Notes: generated from the letters alone by a model not told the origin. Counted from the first letter of the stretch, positions 15,382-25,426 are shown. The stretch is 48,840 nucleotides of DNA from a bacterium (GCA_046758765.1 JBHIAW010000002.1:1-48840); one strand, 5' to 3'. Numbers and translations are program-made.

Positions 15382-16563
15382 TCACTTTTCTTTAACTTCG
15401 GTTTCTTTCTCGGTCTCTTTTTCCTCTTCACTTTTTGTCACTTCAGCACCCTCCTCTGCCTCTTTCTGTTCGAACTCCTCATCTTGTCTTTCAAGGAGGT
15501 TCTCGTCATCTTTCAATTTCCTCAACACAAGGTACGTTATCATCGTACCTGTATTAAAAGTGGCTATTAAATAAGACAAAACCCAAACTCCAACAATTAT
15601 CATACTAAAAGAAAAAATGTAGGCCGATATGTTTAAGGTAAGTGAAAGGTCAAGGGGACTGAAATCCCGCACAAAATAAAAGTAAGGAGCCAGACCACCA
15701 AAAATATTTGCTATCCACTCATCTAAACCTGTTGTCCAGCTTTGAAGAATATATTGCGCTTGTGCAGATATATCAATATACTTATTCCCCATAGAAAAAG
15801 ACAAGAGATCGTTCATGAGAAGAAATGAGCGTTTAACAAAAATGCCCAATATTACAAACCCTGTTACGCTCAAAATCCCCACAATTCCTTCGTACAGAAC
15901 AAGTCGCCACGGCTGACTCCACGAAGTGGAGAAACTCTGAAATATCGCTTCGAAGGCATCCTCATTAGTGGTAGCAAGAATGGCAGGAGCTAAGACCAAA
16001 GCCACTCCGGCAACCGCAACCAAAAATAACATAAAAAGTGATGCCCCAACCCATAAAAGTGTAAACAATGAAATCCCAATTTCTCCGACATAAGGAATCT
16101 TACCTAACAACCCTATGAACCATGCCCCTATCACAAAAGCAAAGAACAGGATACCAATTGCTATTGGGGTAAGAATCGTGGAGCCACTCTTTTTTAGAGA
16201 AAAAACCAACGCTTCACGCCAGCTATAGAAGTTGTTTCCTTTTAACACCATGAAAGAGGCCCTTGCCACCGCGGTACTACCGATAAGATGAATAAAGACC
16301 CACAACAGACAACCTATAACAAAAACAATTGTGGAAATTAATGGAACCGGTTCCTGAGTAGCGAACAGGCACGGGAACAGACCAAATTCAGAAATAATCC
16401 AGTTAAAGCTTTTACCAGCAATTAGAAAACTCAAAACAGCAAAAACAAAATAACCAACGTATCCAACAGATAAGCCGACAAATTGAATCCAAATTCTTTG
16501 AAGACTAAAGGCAAGTCGATTTGAACGAAATAGGTCCCGGAAATCAAATCGTAAAGCCACCAT
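15382..16563 (-). CDS. polytopic membrane protein of unknown function with acidic/lysine-rich C-terminal tail
   Basis: About 8 hydrophobic segments, SD GGAGGAAAT before ATG 16563, and the tail EEFEQKEAEEGAEVTKSEEEKETEKETEVKEK. No recognisable family motif. Confidence 0.6.
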   Translation of the reverse strand: MVALRFDFRDLFRSNRLAFSLQRIWIQFVGLSVGYVGYFVFAVLSFLIAGKSFNWIISEFGLFPCLFATQEPVPLISTIVFVIGCLLWVFIHLIGSTAVARASFMVLKGNNFYSWREALVFSLKKSGSTILTPIAIGILFFAFVIGAWFIGLLGKIPYVGEIGISLFTLLWVGASLFMLFLVAVAGVALVLAPAILATTNEDAFEAIFQSFSTSWSQPWRLVLYEGIVGILSVTGFVILGIFVKRSFLLMNDLLSFSMGNKYIDISAQAQYILQSWTTGLDEWIANIFGGLAPYFYFVRDFSPLDLSLTLNISAYIFSFSMIIVGVWVLSYLIATFNTGTMITYLVLRKLKDDENLLERQDEEFEQKEAEEGAEVTKSEEEKETEKETEVKEK

Positions 16564-16632
16564 ATTTCCTCCATCTTTTAGGTTTACAAATGAGATAGGT
16601 TGATGTTTATTTGAACATTATGAAACGCCCAT

Positions 16633-16661
16633 ATATTAAAGAAAAATAAGCCAATTGTCAA
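16633..16661 (-). promoter_or_regulatory. candidate sigma70-type promoter TTGACA-17 nt-TAATAT
   Basis: On the minus strand: TTGACA (16661-16656), a 17-nt spacer, then TAATAT (16638-16633). It is about 70 nt upstream of ATG 16563. Confidence 0.5.
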
Positions 16662-16766
16662 GTAAAAACTGCGCAGTTTGAATTTCGTGCACAAGGCTCT
16701 AAGTACATCAAATGCACAGTGAGCTAAGGGTCTGCCAATCGAGAAATGTTGCATCGCTTTAGTTTT

Positions 16767-18083
16767 TTAAGTTTCACTTTCTTTGGAGTTACCCGCTTCT
16801 TGCACCTCTGGCGTTGTTATTGAAAGTCTTACACGAACAATTCGGTTGCGAATGATTTTTTCTACAGTAAAGGTGTAGTTGCCATATTCAACTATTTCTT
16901 TTTCTTCGGGAACATATCCTGTCAAACTCAATATGAACCCACCTAAGCTTTCATATTCCCCTTCAGTTGGAAGATCAATTTTAAGCTCTTCGTTCAACTC
17001 ATGCAAATCGATTTTTGCATCCACTATGAAGCTATTTTCATCAAGCTCTCGATAAAGGGGCGGCTCCTGATCATATTCATCTTGAATATCTCCGACAATT
17101 TCTTCGATAACGTCTTCAAGGGTGACCAATCCCGCCGTACCCCCATATTCATCCACCACAATGGCCATGTGCGATTTTTCCCGCTGAAATTCTTTCAATA
17201 GATTTTGCAATTTCTTGGTCTCAGGAACAAAGTAAGCAGGTCTTGCTAAAGCTCTTAAATCGAGCTGCTTGGAACCTTCATTTATGATATATGGCAAAAG
17301 GTCTTTGGCATGAATAATCCCTAAGATATTATCAACATCTTCCCGGTACAGAGGAATTCTACTATGGCCTTTTTGTTTTATTAGCCTGGTCAAAGCTTTC
17401 AAACTAGTGCATTCTTCAACACATACCATATCGGTGCGGGGCACCATTATTTCGTGCACCTCGGTTTCACCAAATTCAAAAATGGAATGAATCATGGCGC
17501 GTTCAGTGTCTTCAAGGTTGCCGATGTCCTCACTATCTTTAACAAGCGCTATAATCTTATGATGGTCAAAAAATGTGGTTTTGCTCTTAATCCTAAGCTT
17601 TGAAGATAAAAAGGAGACCATCTTTGCAAAAAGCTTGGCTATGGGTGAGATGATGGAATAGAATAGCAAAACTGGAAAGGAAACAAGTTCAGCAAATGTT
17701 CGATTATATCTAAGAACAAAAAGTCTCGACCAAAATTCACTAATTACAAATAAAATAGCGGCAATGATCCCTACCATTATGAACAACGTGAGGACAAAAG
17801 CAATTGCGTACATACGTCCAACATATCGAGCTAAGAGAACACCCACACATATTAATGCAATGTCAGTGATAAGTGAGCCGATTTTGATAGCAATTAACAA
17901 TGAATTGGGATCACTGAGAAGTTTTAGAGTGCGTGAAGATCGTTTAGTGGTTTTTCTTCTTAGTTCTTTAAGATCGACTTCAGAGAGAGATAAATAAGCA
18001 GTTTCTGTACCAGAAAATAATGCAGAAAGTAAAATAAGAACAAAAAAAACTACTAATTCTGTTAAAAGTGAATCTGGGTCCAA
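16767..18083 (-). CDS. CNNM/DUF21-CBS-CorC_HlyC family protein (TlyC/CorC-type 'hemolysin', putative divalent-cation transporter)
   Basis: An N-terminal 4-TM DUF21 region, a CBS pair (VHEIMVPRTDMV..., GLVTLEDVIEEIVGDIQDE) and a C-terminal CorC_HlyC-like domain. TTG start. Confidence 0.85.
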   Translation of the reverse strand: MDPDSLLTELVVFFVLILLSALFSGTETAYLSLSEVDLKELRRKTTKRSSRTLKLLSDPNSLLIAIKIGSLITDIALICVGVLLARYVGRMYAIAFVLTLFIMVGIIAAILFVISEFWSRLFVLRYNRTFAELVSFPVLLFYSIISPIAKLFAKMVSFLSSKLRIKSKTTFFDHHKIIALVKDSEDIGNLEDTERAMIHSIFEFGETEVHEIMVPRTDMVCVEECTSLKALTRLIKQKGHSRIPLYREDVDNILGIIHAKDLLPYIINEGSKQLDLRALARPAYFVPETKKLQNLLKEFQREKSHMAIVVDEYGGTAGLVTLEDVIEEIVGDIQDEYDQEPPLYRELDENSFIVDAKIDLHELNEELKIDLPTEGEYESLGGFILSLTGYVPEEKEIVEYGNYTFTVEKIIRNRIVRVRLSITTPEVQEAGNSKESET

Positions 18084-18182
18084 ATGAGTTTTATTTCCTT
18101 AAATTTATTTCGTCGATTATATCATTAGTACCTTGAGACTCTACAACTACATCAAACAAAATAAACTTGATTTAAGAAACAC

Positions 18183-18611
18183 CTATTCTTTTGAATGTTT
18201 GGACAAAAAGTAATTCTCAAGGTTTGTCATGGTTTTCTTATTTTGCGTGGTCTTATCGTCATAGCCTAAGAAATGTAACATCCCGTGAATGACCATCCGA
18301 AGGAGTTCTTCTTCTAAATTCACATTATATCTAATAGCTTGCTCCTTGACCGTATCTAAACTTATATAGATTTCACCCTCAAATGATTTTTCATTTTCTT
18401 CAGAAAGGGGAAATGCAATCACATCAGTGGCTGAGTTCTTTTTGAGATATTCTTTGTTTAAGTTTCTTATATATTCATCATTTACTAAGATTATTTCAAT
18501 GTGACCATCTACCTTACCTTCACTAAGCCAAACTTTCTTAGCAATGTTCTCAATTTCAAGCAGATTTAGTTTGTTGGCAACGGTATTATGAACTTGGACC
18601 TGAAGTTTCAA
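18183..18611 (-). CDS. ybeY: rRNA maturation endoribonuclease YbeY
   Basis: Zinc motif HGMLHFLGYDD, 142 aa, in the conserved position after phoH and the HD-7TM gene. TTG start; it overlaps the upstream gene by 26 nt. Confidence 0.9.
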   Translation of the reverse strand: MKLQVQVHNTVANKLNLLEIENIAKKVWLSEGKVDGHIEIILVNDEYIRNLNKEYLKKNSATDVIAFPLSEENEKSFEGEIYISLDTVKEQAIRYNVNLEEELLRMVIHGMLHFLGYDDKTTQNKKTMTNLENYFLSKHSKE

Positions 18612-20961
18612 GCGCTTTTTCTATGGGTTTTTTACGTCTTCTTCTGAAAAACCTTTTTTCTTGTTGAGGATATTCAATTCGACCATGAAAAATACCAGTC
18701 AAATGGGTCACAAAGCCCTCCTTGATAAGATTTAAGTCTCTTAAAGTTAAGGGACATTCATCTAAATCTGACAATCGTTCTTGAATTATCGTATTTACCA
18801 TACTTCTGATTCTACTTACCGTCGGATCCTGCAAAGTTCGAGAAACAGCTTCAACCCCATCAGCCAACATCACAATGCCTGTTTCCTTTGTTTGTGGTTT
18901 TGGACCTGGATATCGAAAATTTGCTTCGTTTACGTCGGTCCCATCATTTGCCTCCAAAGCTTTCTTGTAAAAATAACTAATCAAATTCGTGCCGTGATGT
19001 TCTGGAATAAAATCCCGAATTTCTTTAGGCAGATTGTACTGCTCAGCAATCTCTAAGCCTTTCTTAACATGATTGATTAGAATTAAACAGCTCATATTGG
19101 GCGTAAGCTTCTCATGTGGATTCTTCCCGGCTTTTTGATTCTCAACAAAGTATTCCGATATATCCATTTTGCCGATATCATGGTAATAGGCTCCAACTCT
19201 TGCCAATAAAGCATTAGCTCCAATGGCTTCTGCCGCAATTTCTGATAGATTGCCAACCATGATACTATGATGATAAGTACCCGGCGCGCGAATTGCTAAT
19301 TCACGTAGCAACGGTTTATTCAAGTCGGATAGTTCTAAAAACGTCGAATTTGTAGTCATTTTGAATATGTATTCGAAAATAATCATGAGACCGTATGTCA
19401 TGATAGGCGAGAAGAGTCCGTTGAGTCCGCCGTAACCCCAGTCTTTCAATATATCCATGATCGCCGTATTTCTAATAGACTCCAAGGTGCCAATCGAAAG
19501 AACATAGGCACCCGTAATAGCCAAAATACCTTTTAACATCCAGGAACGAGCTTCGATTTCACGAACAGCAAAAGTGGAAATAGTTCCAACAAATAGCGAA
19601 ATGATCATTATTCCAAATTCATTGCCTCGTAGTGCACCTATTAAGACGCTTAATGCTACCGTTCCTATGAAAGCTGTTCGGGTATCAAAAAAAATAGTCA
19701 GCAGCATAGAAGCAATGGCAATGGGAATAAGATATTTAGAAAATTCGAATTGATTGCTGAGAAACGTGATAAACAGTATTACCATAAAAATGACGAAGAT
19801 CAATAACATGTTCTTGACATTACTGAAAATCTCTTTTCTAGCTACTAACAGAAACATGCCAACAAAAGACAAAGAGAGGCTTACTATTAGAACCCGACCT
19901 ATATAGGGCAAAATCAATTTAATGCCGCCCGCTCGCAATTCTCTTTCAGCCTTCTCTAATGCTAATGATTTTAATTTCTCTAACGTTTCCTTTGTAATTA
20001 TTTCATGGGTGTTTATGATTCTTTCGTTTTCTAGAACCGTTCCTTTGGCTAAAGGTACTTTGCTTTGGGCGACTTGAATTCTCGTTTCTGTTTCATCATC
20101 ATCATAAATTAAATTGGGCTGTAAGAAAGTCCTAACGATTAAGTAGCCAAGTTTAAAGACGCGATTCTGTTGCGGGTACGCTTGTTGCAGTTTATCACGC
20201 AATATGCGATCGATGTCTTCATGAGTATAAAAGTTATTTAAATCTTCAAGAAATTCGGCATTTTGTGATATTACAGATATTTTGACTACATGAGCTGGGA
20301 TATCATTTGGGCTGAGATTTAGAACTCCAATAGTATAAATATCGGTCAAAATTCTTCTTAAATTGCTAATGAATGTTCTAAATTCAAATTTTGAGAGCTT
20401 ACCACCTTCTGTTTGCGATCTTACATCTTCATTGTTTGACTGCTTCTTAGGCCCAGAATTAGTTTTTGATTCCTTGTTGTTAGATAACAGAAAAGTAATA
20501 TTCTCCTGCTCTATTGGGGGAACTTTGAATTCATTTAGAATCTCTCTGAACCTTCTTATTTTGACTGAATCAGGGAAAACTGAAGTTCGAATTTTAGTAA
20601 TTTCTTGAATTAACTCATCCAATTTTTCCAGAGCTTCGTGGTCTACGCTATCTACACGAACAAATACTGGAGGTACTCCTTCTGCCGCTAATCTCTTGTC
20701 GCGCTCATACTCGTCGTCGCTTTTATTAACAAAAAATGTAAATGGAGCGATTACTTCCTTCCCGGTGTATACGTCTCCTTCCTTTAGGTCCACAAATTGA
20801 TATTCTTGGGTCTGGGGGAACATAAACGTAGTGGTTGCAATAATAACTAAAGCCATTAGAAGCTGAGGCGTGTAAGGCCAATATCGATGGCCTTGTAGAG
20901 CCTCTAGTCCTTCCCGATAGACTTTTTGAATGTGAGAAACAATTTCAGCAATTTTTGACAA
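18586..20961 (-). CDS. 7TM-receptor HD-domain phosphohydrolase (PgpH/YqfF family)
   Basis: A large extracytoplasmic N-domain, 7 TM helices, and an HD domain (HHSIMVGNL..., YYHDIGK, EHHGT). TTG start with GGAG upstream. Confidence 0.9.
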   Translation of the reverse strand: MSKIAEIVSHIQKVYREGLEALQGHRYWPYTPQLLMALVIIATTTFMFPQTQEYQFVDLKEGDVYTGKEVIAPFTFFVNKSDDEYERDKRLAAEGVPPVFVRVDSVDHEALEKLDELIQEITKIRTSVFPDSVKIRRFREILNEFKVPPIEQENITFLLSNNKESKTNSGPKKQSNNEDVRSQTEGGKLSKFEFRTFISNLRRILTDIYTIGVLNLSPNDIPAHVVKISVISQNAEFLEDLNNFYTHEDIDRILRDKLQQAYPQQNRVFKLGYLIVRTFLQPNLIYDDDETETRIQVAQSKVPLAKGTVLENERIINTHEIITKETLEKLKSLALEKAERELRAGGIKLILPYIGRVLIVSLSLSFVGMFLLVARKEIFSNVKNMLLIFVIFMVILFITFLSNQFEFSKYLIPIAIASMLLTIFFDTRTAFIGTVALSVLIGALRGNEFGIMIISLFVGTISTFAVREIEARSWMLKGILAITGAYVLSIGTLESIRNTAIMDILKDWGYGGLNGLFSPIMTYGLMIIFEYIFKMTTNSTFLELSDLNKPLLRELAIRAPGTYHHSIMVGNLSEIAAEAIGANALLARVGAYYHDIGKMDISEYFVENQKAGKNPHEKLTPNMSCLILINHVKKGLEIAEQYNLPKEIRDFIPEHHGTNLISYFYKKALEANDGTDVNEANFRYPGPKPQTKETGIVMLADGVEAVSRTLQDPTVSRIRSMVNTIIQERLSDLDECPLTLRDLNLIKEGFVTHLTGIFHGRIEYPQQEKRFFRRRRKKPIEKALETSGPSS

Positions 20962-20979
20962 GCAAAATCTCCGACTCTA

Positions 20980-21969
20980 TTATTGATTGTTATTATTGTT
21001 CATGCTTTCATAAGCATCATAAGCTTTTATGATGTCTCGTACCAAACGATGGCGGACAACATCCCGTTCAGTCAAATAAATAAATTCAATACCCTCTATT
21101 TCCGATAATACTGCCTGAACCTGTACAAGACCAGAAAGTTTAGAATCACGTAAATCTATTTGGGTAATGTCACCGGTTATGATAGCCTTGGAATTGATAC
21201 CCAAACGAGTTAGAAACATTTTCATCTGATTAAAGGAGGTGTTCTGGGCTTCATCCAGGATCACAAAAGAATTGTTCAGCGTTCGACCTCGCATATACGC
21301 CAAAGGTACAATTTCTATTACTCGAGTCTCTAAATATCTTTTGAGTTTATCTGCGGGTATCATATGGTAAAGGGAATCATAAAGAGGTCTAAGATATGGA
21401 TCAACCTTTTCTCGGAAATCACCGGGTAAAAAGCCTAAACTCTCTCCAGCTTCGACAGCCGGTCGGGTTAGAATAATTCTATCAACCTCTCGGTCCCGTA
21501 GCGCGGCCACAGCCATGGCAACGGCCAAAAATGTTTTTCCTGTACCCGCGGGGCCAATTACAAATACAATATCATGCTTCTTAGACGAGTCACAAAATGC
21601 CCCTTGACCTCTACTCTTTGGCTTTATGAATCCATCTTTTGTGTACAGAATAACTGAATCTGTATCTTCGTCGGTCAGTTGTAGCTTGTTGGATTTCTTA
21701 TTTTCTACCAGATCAATAATCGTTTCTATGTCCTTCTCCGTGATCTCTTGATCTCGTGCGACCATCATGATCAGTTCATAAAAAATTTTCTGAAGAGTCT
21801 CTACAACAGGCGGTTCACCCTCTAAGACTAATTCAGTACCTCTGGCAACAATTTTGCCGTTGAATATTTTCTTAAGAAATCTCAAATGAGTATCTTGAAA
21901 TCCGAAAAGCTTAAGGTGATCAACGCCTCTTATCGAGATTCTTTTTTGGACTTTTTTTGTATTCTTCAA
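20980..21969 (-). CDS. phoH: PhoH-family ATPase (YbeZ-like)
   Basis: Walker A GPAGTGKTFLAVA, Walker B FVILDEAQN, and GDITQIDL. The start (TTG 21969) is uncertain. Confidence 0.9.
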   Translation of the reverse strand: MKNTKKVQKRISIRGVDHLKLFGFQDTHLRFLKKIFNGKIVARGTELVLEGEPPVVETLQKIFYELIMMVARDQEITEKDIETIIDLVENKKSNKLQLTDEDTDSVILYTKDGFIKPKSRGQGAFCDSSKKHDIVFVIGPAGTGKTFLAVAMAVAALRDREVDRIILTRPAVEAGESLGFLPGDFREKVDPYLRPLYDSLYHMIPADKLKRYLETRVIEIVPLAYMRGRTLNNSFVILDEAQNTSFNQMKMFLTRLGINSKAIITGDITQIDLRDSKLSGLVQVQAVLSEIEGIEFIYLTERDVVRHRLVRDIIKAYDAYESMNNNNNQ

Positions 21970-21997
21970 TATTATTTCGACTAAGTATTCTGATTAA

Positions 21998-22048
21998 TAA
22001 AAAAAGCTCTTGTCCGCGTGGCTATATTTGACCACCGAATCAAGAGCT
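21998..22048 (-). terminator. rho-independent terminator downstream of the LysM gene
   Basis: Stem AGCTCTTG (22005-12) / CAAGAGCT (22041-48), with an inner GTGG/CCAC pairing. On the minus strand it is followed by a T7 run (plus-strand A-run 21998-22004). Confidence 0.6.
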
Positions 22049-22155
22049 AAATTTTGACAAAAACTAAAACAACCGTGATCAACAATTCTTAATTGCTTAC
22101 ACAAGAGCAATAATTATTGGATTATTGCCTAAGTAAATTTGTTATGCTCAACGAA

Positions 22156-22995
22156 TTACCTAGGAATAACCAATACCGTATAAGGATAAATTAGACTAGG
22201 GTCATCACCTACGGTGTCTTTATTGGCATCATATATTGCTCGCCACTTAGTAGGATCACCAAGTACATCCATGCTGCCAGCAATTTTGGCCAGATTATCA
22301 CCCTTTCCTACCAGATATTCATCGGGTCCAACTTCCCGCTGAATCTTAAAAATCTGATCGGGATAAATCAAATCAGGATCTTTTATTTGGTCCCGATTAT
22401 ATGAATAAATCCGGACCCACATAAAGGGATCGCCGTAAATATCAGGCTTTTTGGAAATTCTCCAGAGATAGTCACCCCGAATGACCGTGTATTCATCGTA
22501 GATAGCTTTAGGCATCTTTGACCTAAGCTGAGCAATCTTACCTTCGAGGCTGGCGATTTTATCTCGCATTTCTGTTAAGACAGCATTCTTATCCTTCTTA
22601 AGCTCTTGCAGCTTTTCTTCATTAGCATCAATTTCCTTCCGTCTCTTAAACAAATCTTCAGGGGATAAAGCTCCCAAGGCGTTTAGTTCAGTTTCCATAT
22701 CACTGAGTTTTTGACGGAAAGCATTGACTTCTTCTTCAGTGGTACCGATAACTTGGTAGATTTCTGCCCACACATCTTTAATTTGAGCATTTACATCAGC
22801 AATTTGGGACTGAAGCGATTCAATCTCGGCATCTAACTTGGCAATTTCGTCCTTCGCTGCTCTCTCCCGATTTGCCCACTCTTCCACCTGAGCGTTGTAC
22901 TCTTTCATGGTCATTTCTTGTGCAAAACTAACATTATTCAATATCAGTACAACGAGTATTGAGAAGGCAAAGAGAGTTTTACTCACAGCTTTCAT
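22156..22995 (-). CDS. secreted coiled-coil protein with two C-terminal LysM domains
   Basis: Signal peptide MKAVSKTLFAFSILVVLILNNVSFA|QE and about 140 aa of coiled coil. Two LysM-like units are present (YTVIRGDYLWRISKK...IYPDQIFKI; YLVGKGDNLAKIAG...IYPYTVLVIP). SD is AGGAGG. Confidence 0.8.
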   Translation of the reverse strand: MKAVSKTLFAFSILVVLILNNVSFAQEMTMKEYNAQVEEWANRERAAKDEIAKLDAEIESLQSQIADVNAQIKDVWAEIYQVIGTTEEEVNAFRQKLSDMETELNALGALSPEDLFKRRKEIDANEEKLQELKKDKNAVLTEMRDKIASLEGKIAQLRSKMPKAIYDEYTVIRGDYLWRISKKPDIYGDPFMWVRIYSYNRDQIKDPDLIYPDQIFKIQREVGPDEYLVGKGDNLAKIAGSMDVLGDPTKWRAIYDANKDTVGDDPSLIYPYTVLVIPR

Positions 22996-23036
22996 GTTAG
23001 CCCTCCTTTTTTCGAAAGTATAAATAAAATCTTTAA

Positions 23037-23303
23037 TTACTGACCAACTCGCGTCTTGACTTCTTCGAGTTCTGCTTTGGTGTCTTGCAGCTCTTGTTTT
23101 GTGCGATTTAGTTCACTCTCAACTCGACTCTTCTCCCTTCTTCTCTCCTCTAAAGTATTTTCTGCCGCAAGTGCAGCATTTTTCTGTTCTTCTAATGCTT
23201 GTAGTTGCTCAGCGTTGGGATGTTTGGTACAGCCAACAAAGGAGAATGAGGAAAGAACAAACAACATCATCACAAACAAAATAATAAACTTTACTGTTTT
23301 CAT
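23037..23303 (-). CDS. small coiled-coil lipoprotein (Lpp-like)
   Basis: MKTVKFIILFVMMLFVLSSFSFVGC carries a lipobox, followed by a ~60-aa heptad-rich helix. ATG 23303 is preferred to GTG 23315, which abuts the SD AGGAGG. Confidence 0.7.
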   Translation of the reverse strand: MKTVKFIILFVMMLFVLSSFSFVGCTKHPNAEQLQALEEQKNAALAAENTLEERRREKSRVESELNRTKQELQDTKAELEEVKTRVGQ

Positions 23304-23382
23304 CTGGCAATTCACCTCCTTCCCTTAACTAAATTATTCTTGAAATTTTTTTCCATCATGTGGGGATTGATTAACAAAGTGA

Positions 23383-23411
23383 ATAATAACAAAAAAAATC
23401 CTAATTGTCAA
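23383..23411 (-). promoter_or_regulatory. candidate sigma70-type promoter TTGACA-17 nt-TATTAT
   Basis: On the minus strand: TTGACA (23411-23406), a 17-nt spacer, then TATTAT (23388-23383). It is about 80 nt upstream of ATG 23303. Confidence 0.5.
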
Positions 23412-23423
23412 GAAAAAAATGAT

Positions 23424-25196
23424 TTACACAGTTTTCAAACCTAATTCTTTAAGCTGTTCTTCTTTGACTTCAGAAGGCGCCCTGTCCATTAATGAAAGAG
23501 CACTATTGGTTTTAGGAAAGGCAATGACTTCTCGAATGGAGTTTTTGTTGGCTAACAGCATGACCAATCGGTCAAACCCAAATGCAATGCCGCCGTGCGG
23601 AGGTGCACCATACTCAAATGCATCCAAAAGAAATCCAAACTTATCTTTAGCCTCTGCTTCTGATATCTTAAGTAAATGGAATATTTTGTTTTGCAGGTCC
23701 CGATTATGAATTCGGACGCTTCCGCCTGCTATTTCATATCCGTTTAATATCAAATCATAAGCTTTGGCCCTGACCTTGTCAGCGTTCTTATCTAATAGCT
23801 GCAAGTCTTCATCCAATGGCGCGGTAAAAGGATGATGTCGCGCCACAAATCGGTCTTCTTCAGGGTCCAATTCTAATAATGGAAAATGCACGATCCACAC
23901 ATGCTTAAATTCTTTTTGCGGGATTAAACTTTCTTCTTCTGCCAATCTTTTTCTCAAAAAACCCAACAATGAAAGAGCCTTATATTTTTCATCTGCTATT
24001 AACAGTAGCAAATCCCCACTTTTGGCATTAAAAGAGAGGTTTATCTTGTGAATGGCATCTTCTGTAAAAAATTTGACTAATGGGGAATCCCATCCATTCT
24101 CCGATACTCTAATGGCAATCAATCCTTTAGCACCTTCTTGCATCAAAGTCTTTGTCAATTCATCCATCCGTTTCCGCGAGAAACTTGCTCCGTTCTTCAT
24201 GACTATTCCACAAACGATACCTTCAGCTTTGAGGCTTTCAGTGAACACTTTAAAATTGCACTTCTTAACTAGGTTGCTAATCTCTACAATTTCCATTCCA
24301 AAACGAATATCAGGTTTATCTGTACCATAGGTTGCAATGGCTTCTTCATAGGTAAACCGAGGAAAGGGAGTTTCAATTTCTATGTCTAAAATCTTCTTAA
24401 AAACTTCGACCATGAGTCCTTCAACCGTTTCCAGAACATCGCTCTCCTCAACAAATGACATTTCAACATCTATTTGAGTGAATTCCGGCTGTCGGTCTGC
24501 GCGAAGGTCTTCATCTCTAAAGCAACGAACAATCTGAAAATATCGATCTATACCCGCAATCATAAGAATTTGCTTATAGGTTTGAGGGCTCTGCGGCAAA
24601 GCATAGAATTTCCCTTTATGAATTCTGCTCGGCACTAAATAATCTCTGGCACCTTCGGGAGTACTGCGCATCAAAAAGGGAGTTTCGATTTCTAAGAAAC
24701 CATGACGATCAAAATATGACCTGACTGCCTGGTAAGTTTTGTGTCTGATAATCAAACCCCGCTGCATCTCTTTATTTCTGAGATCAATGTAGCGGTATTT
24801 CAGACGCAATTCCTCAGAGATGTCTACATTTTCATCAACACCAAATGGGGGAGTTTTAGCTCTATTTAGTATCTTAAGCTTCTGAGCTATCACCTCGATG
24901 ACCCCTGTGCTTAAATTAGGATTAACCATACCTTCGGGTCTTTTCTGCACTAGGCCTTTTATGGCAATTACAAACTCCCCTCGAAGCTCCTTAGCACGTT
25001 GGTAGGAATGTTTCGAAGCTTGAGGATCAAAAACGACCTGAGTGATGCCATAGCGGTCTCTCAAATCGATAAATATTACCCCTCCAAGGTCTCGTCTCCG
25101 ATGCACCCATCCCATTAAGATTACATCATGGCCACTGTTTTCTATCCCCAGCTCACCACAGGTATGGGTTCTTTTCCACCCTTCCAATTTGTCCAA
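23424..25196 (-). CDS. aspS: aspartate--tRNA ligase (bacterial type)
   Basis: RTHTCGEL at the N-terminus, class II motifs FRDEDLRADRQPEFTQID and GGIAFGFDRLVMLL, and the bacterial insertion domain. TTG start preceded by AAGGAGGG. Confidence 0.95.
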   Translation of the reverse strand: MDKLEGWKRTHTCGELGIENSGHDVILMGWVHRRRDLGGVIFIDLRDRYGITQVVFDPQASKHSYQRAKELRGEFVIAIKGLVQKRPEGMVNPNLSTGVIEVIAQKLKILNRAKTPPFGVDENVDISEELRLKYRYIDLRNKEMQRGLIIRHKTYQAVRSYFDRHGFLEIETPFLMRSTPEGARDYLVPSRIHKGKFYALPQSPQTYKQILMIAGIDRYFQIVRCFRDEDLRADRQPEFTQIDVEMSFVEESDVLETVEGLMVEVFKKILDIEIETPFPRFTYEEAIATYGTDKPDIRFGMEIVEISNLVKKCNFKVFTESLKAEGIVCGIVMKNGASFSRKRMDELTKTLMQEGAKGLIAIRVSENGWDSPLVKFFTEDAIHKINLSFNAKSGDLLLLIADEKYKALSLLGFLRKRLAEEESLIPQKEFKHVWIVHFPLLELDPEEDRFVARHHPFTAPLDEDLQLLDKNADKVRAKAYDLILNGYEIAGGSVRIHNRDLQNKIFHLLKISEAEAKDKFGFLLDAFEYGAPPHGGIAFGFDRLVMLLANKNSIREVIAFPKTNSALSLMDRAPSEVKEEQLKELGLKTV

Positions 25197-25243
25197 TTTT
25201 TTTCCCTCCTTGACAACGTCAATTCATTGTTAATCTAAGATAT

Positions 25244-25278
25244 AAAAAAACCGCCATAAGTTCAATGACATCTGGCGG
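25244..25278 (-). terminator. rho-independent terminator of the exbBD/TonB-like operon
   Basis: Stem CCGCCA (25251-56) / TGGCGG (25273-78). On the minus strand it is followed by a T7 run (plus-strand A-run 25244-25250). Confidence 0.6.
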
Positions 25279-25355
25279 CTTTTGTTTCACTAGTAGAACG
25301 ATTCCTAATCATCATAGCAATGAACATGAAAGTGTTCTTGTGTTTCTGTGTTCAA

Positions 25356-25426
25356 GTGTTTAGGTGCTAATATCTTGGAATAAATCAACTACGGCAAAAT
25401 ACATAAACACTTTAACACCTAAACAC
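25356..25426. repeat. 11-bp perfect inverted repeat GTGTTTAGGTG / CACCTAAACAC with a 49-nt loop in the 3' region of the TonB-like gene
   Basis: Arms at 25356-25366 and 25416-25426, embedded in GTGTT/AACAC-rich sequence. ORF 25360-25560 overlaps it. Confidence 0.6.

Noticed and set aside
15303-15431. K/R-rich 43-codon N-terminal extension of the GalT-like ORF (MKRKKRPRKKPKLKK...)
   Set aside because: The extension is the reverse-frame image of the E/K-rich tail of the upstream gene, which it overlaps. ATG 15302 has a GGAGG SD at ideal spacing, and the conserved domain starts there.
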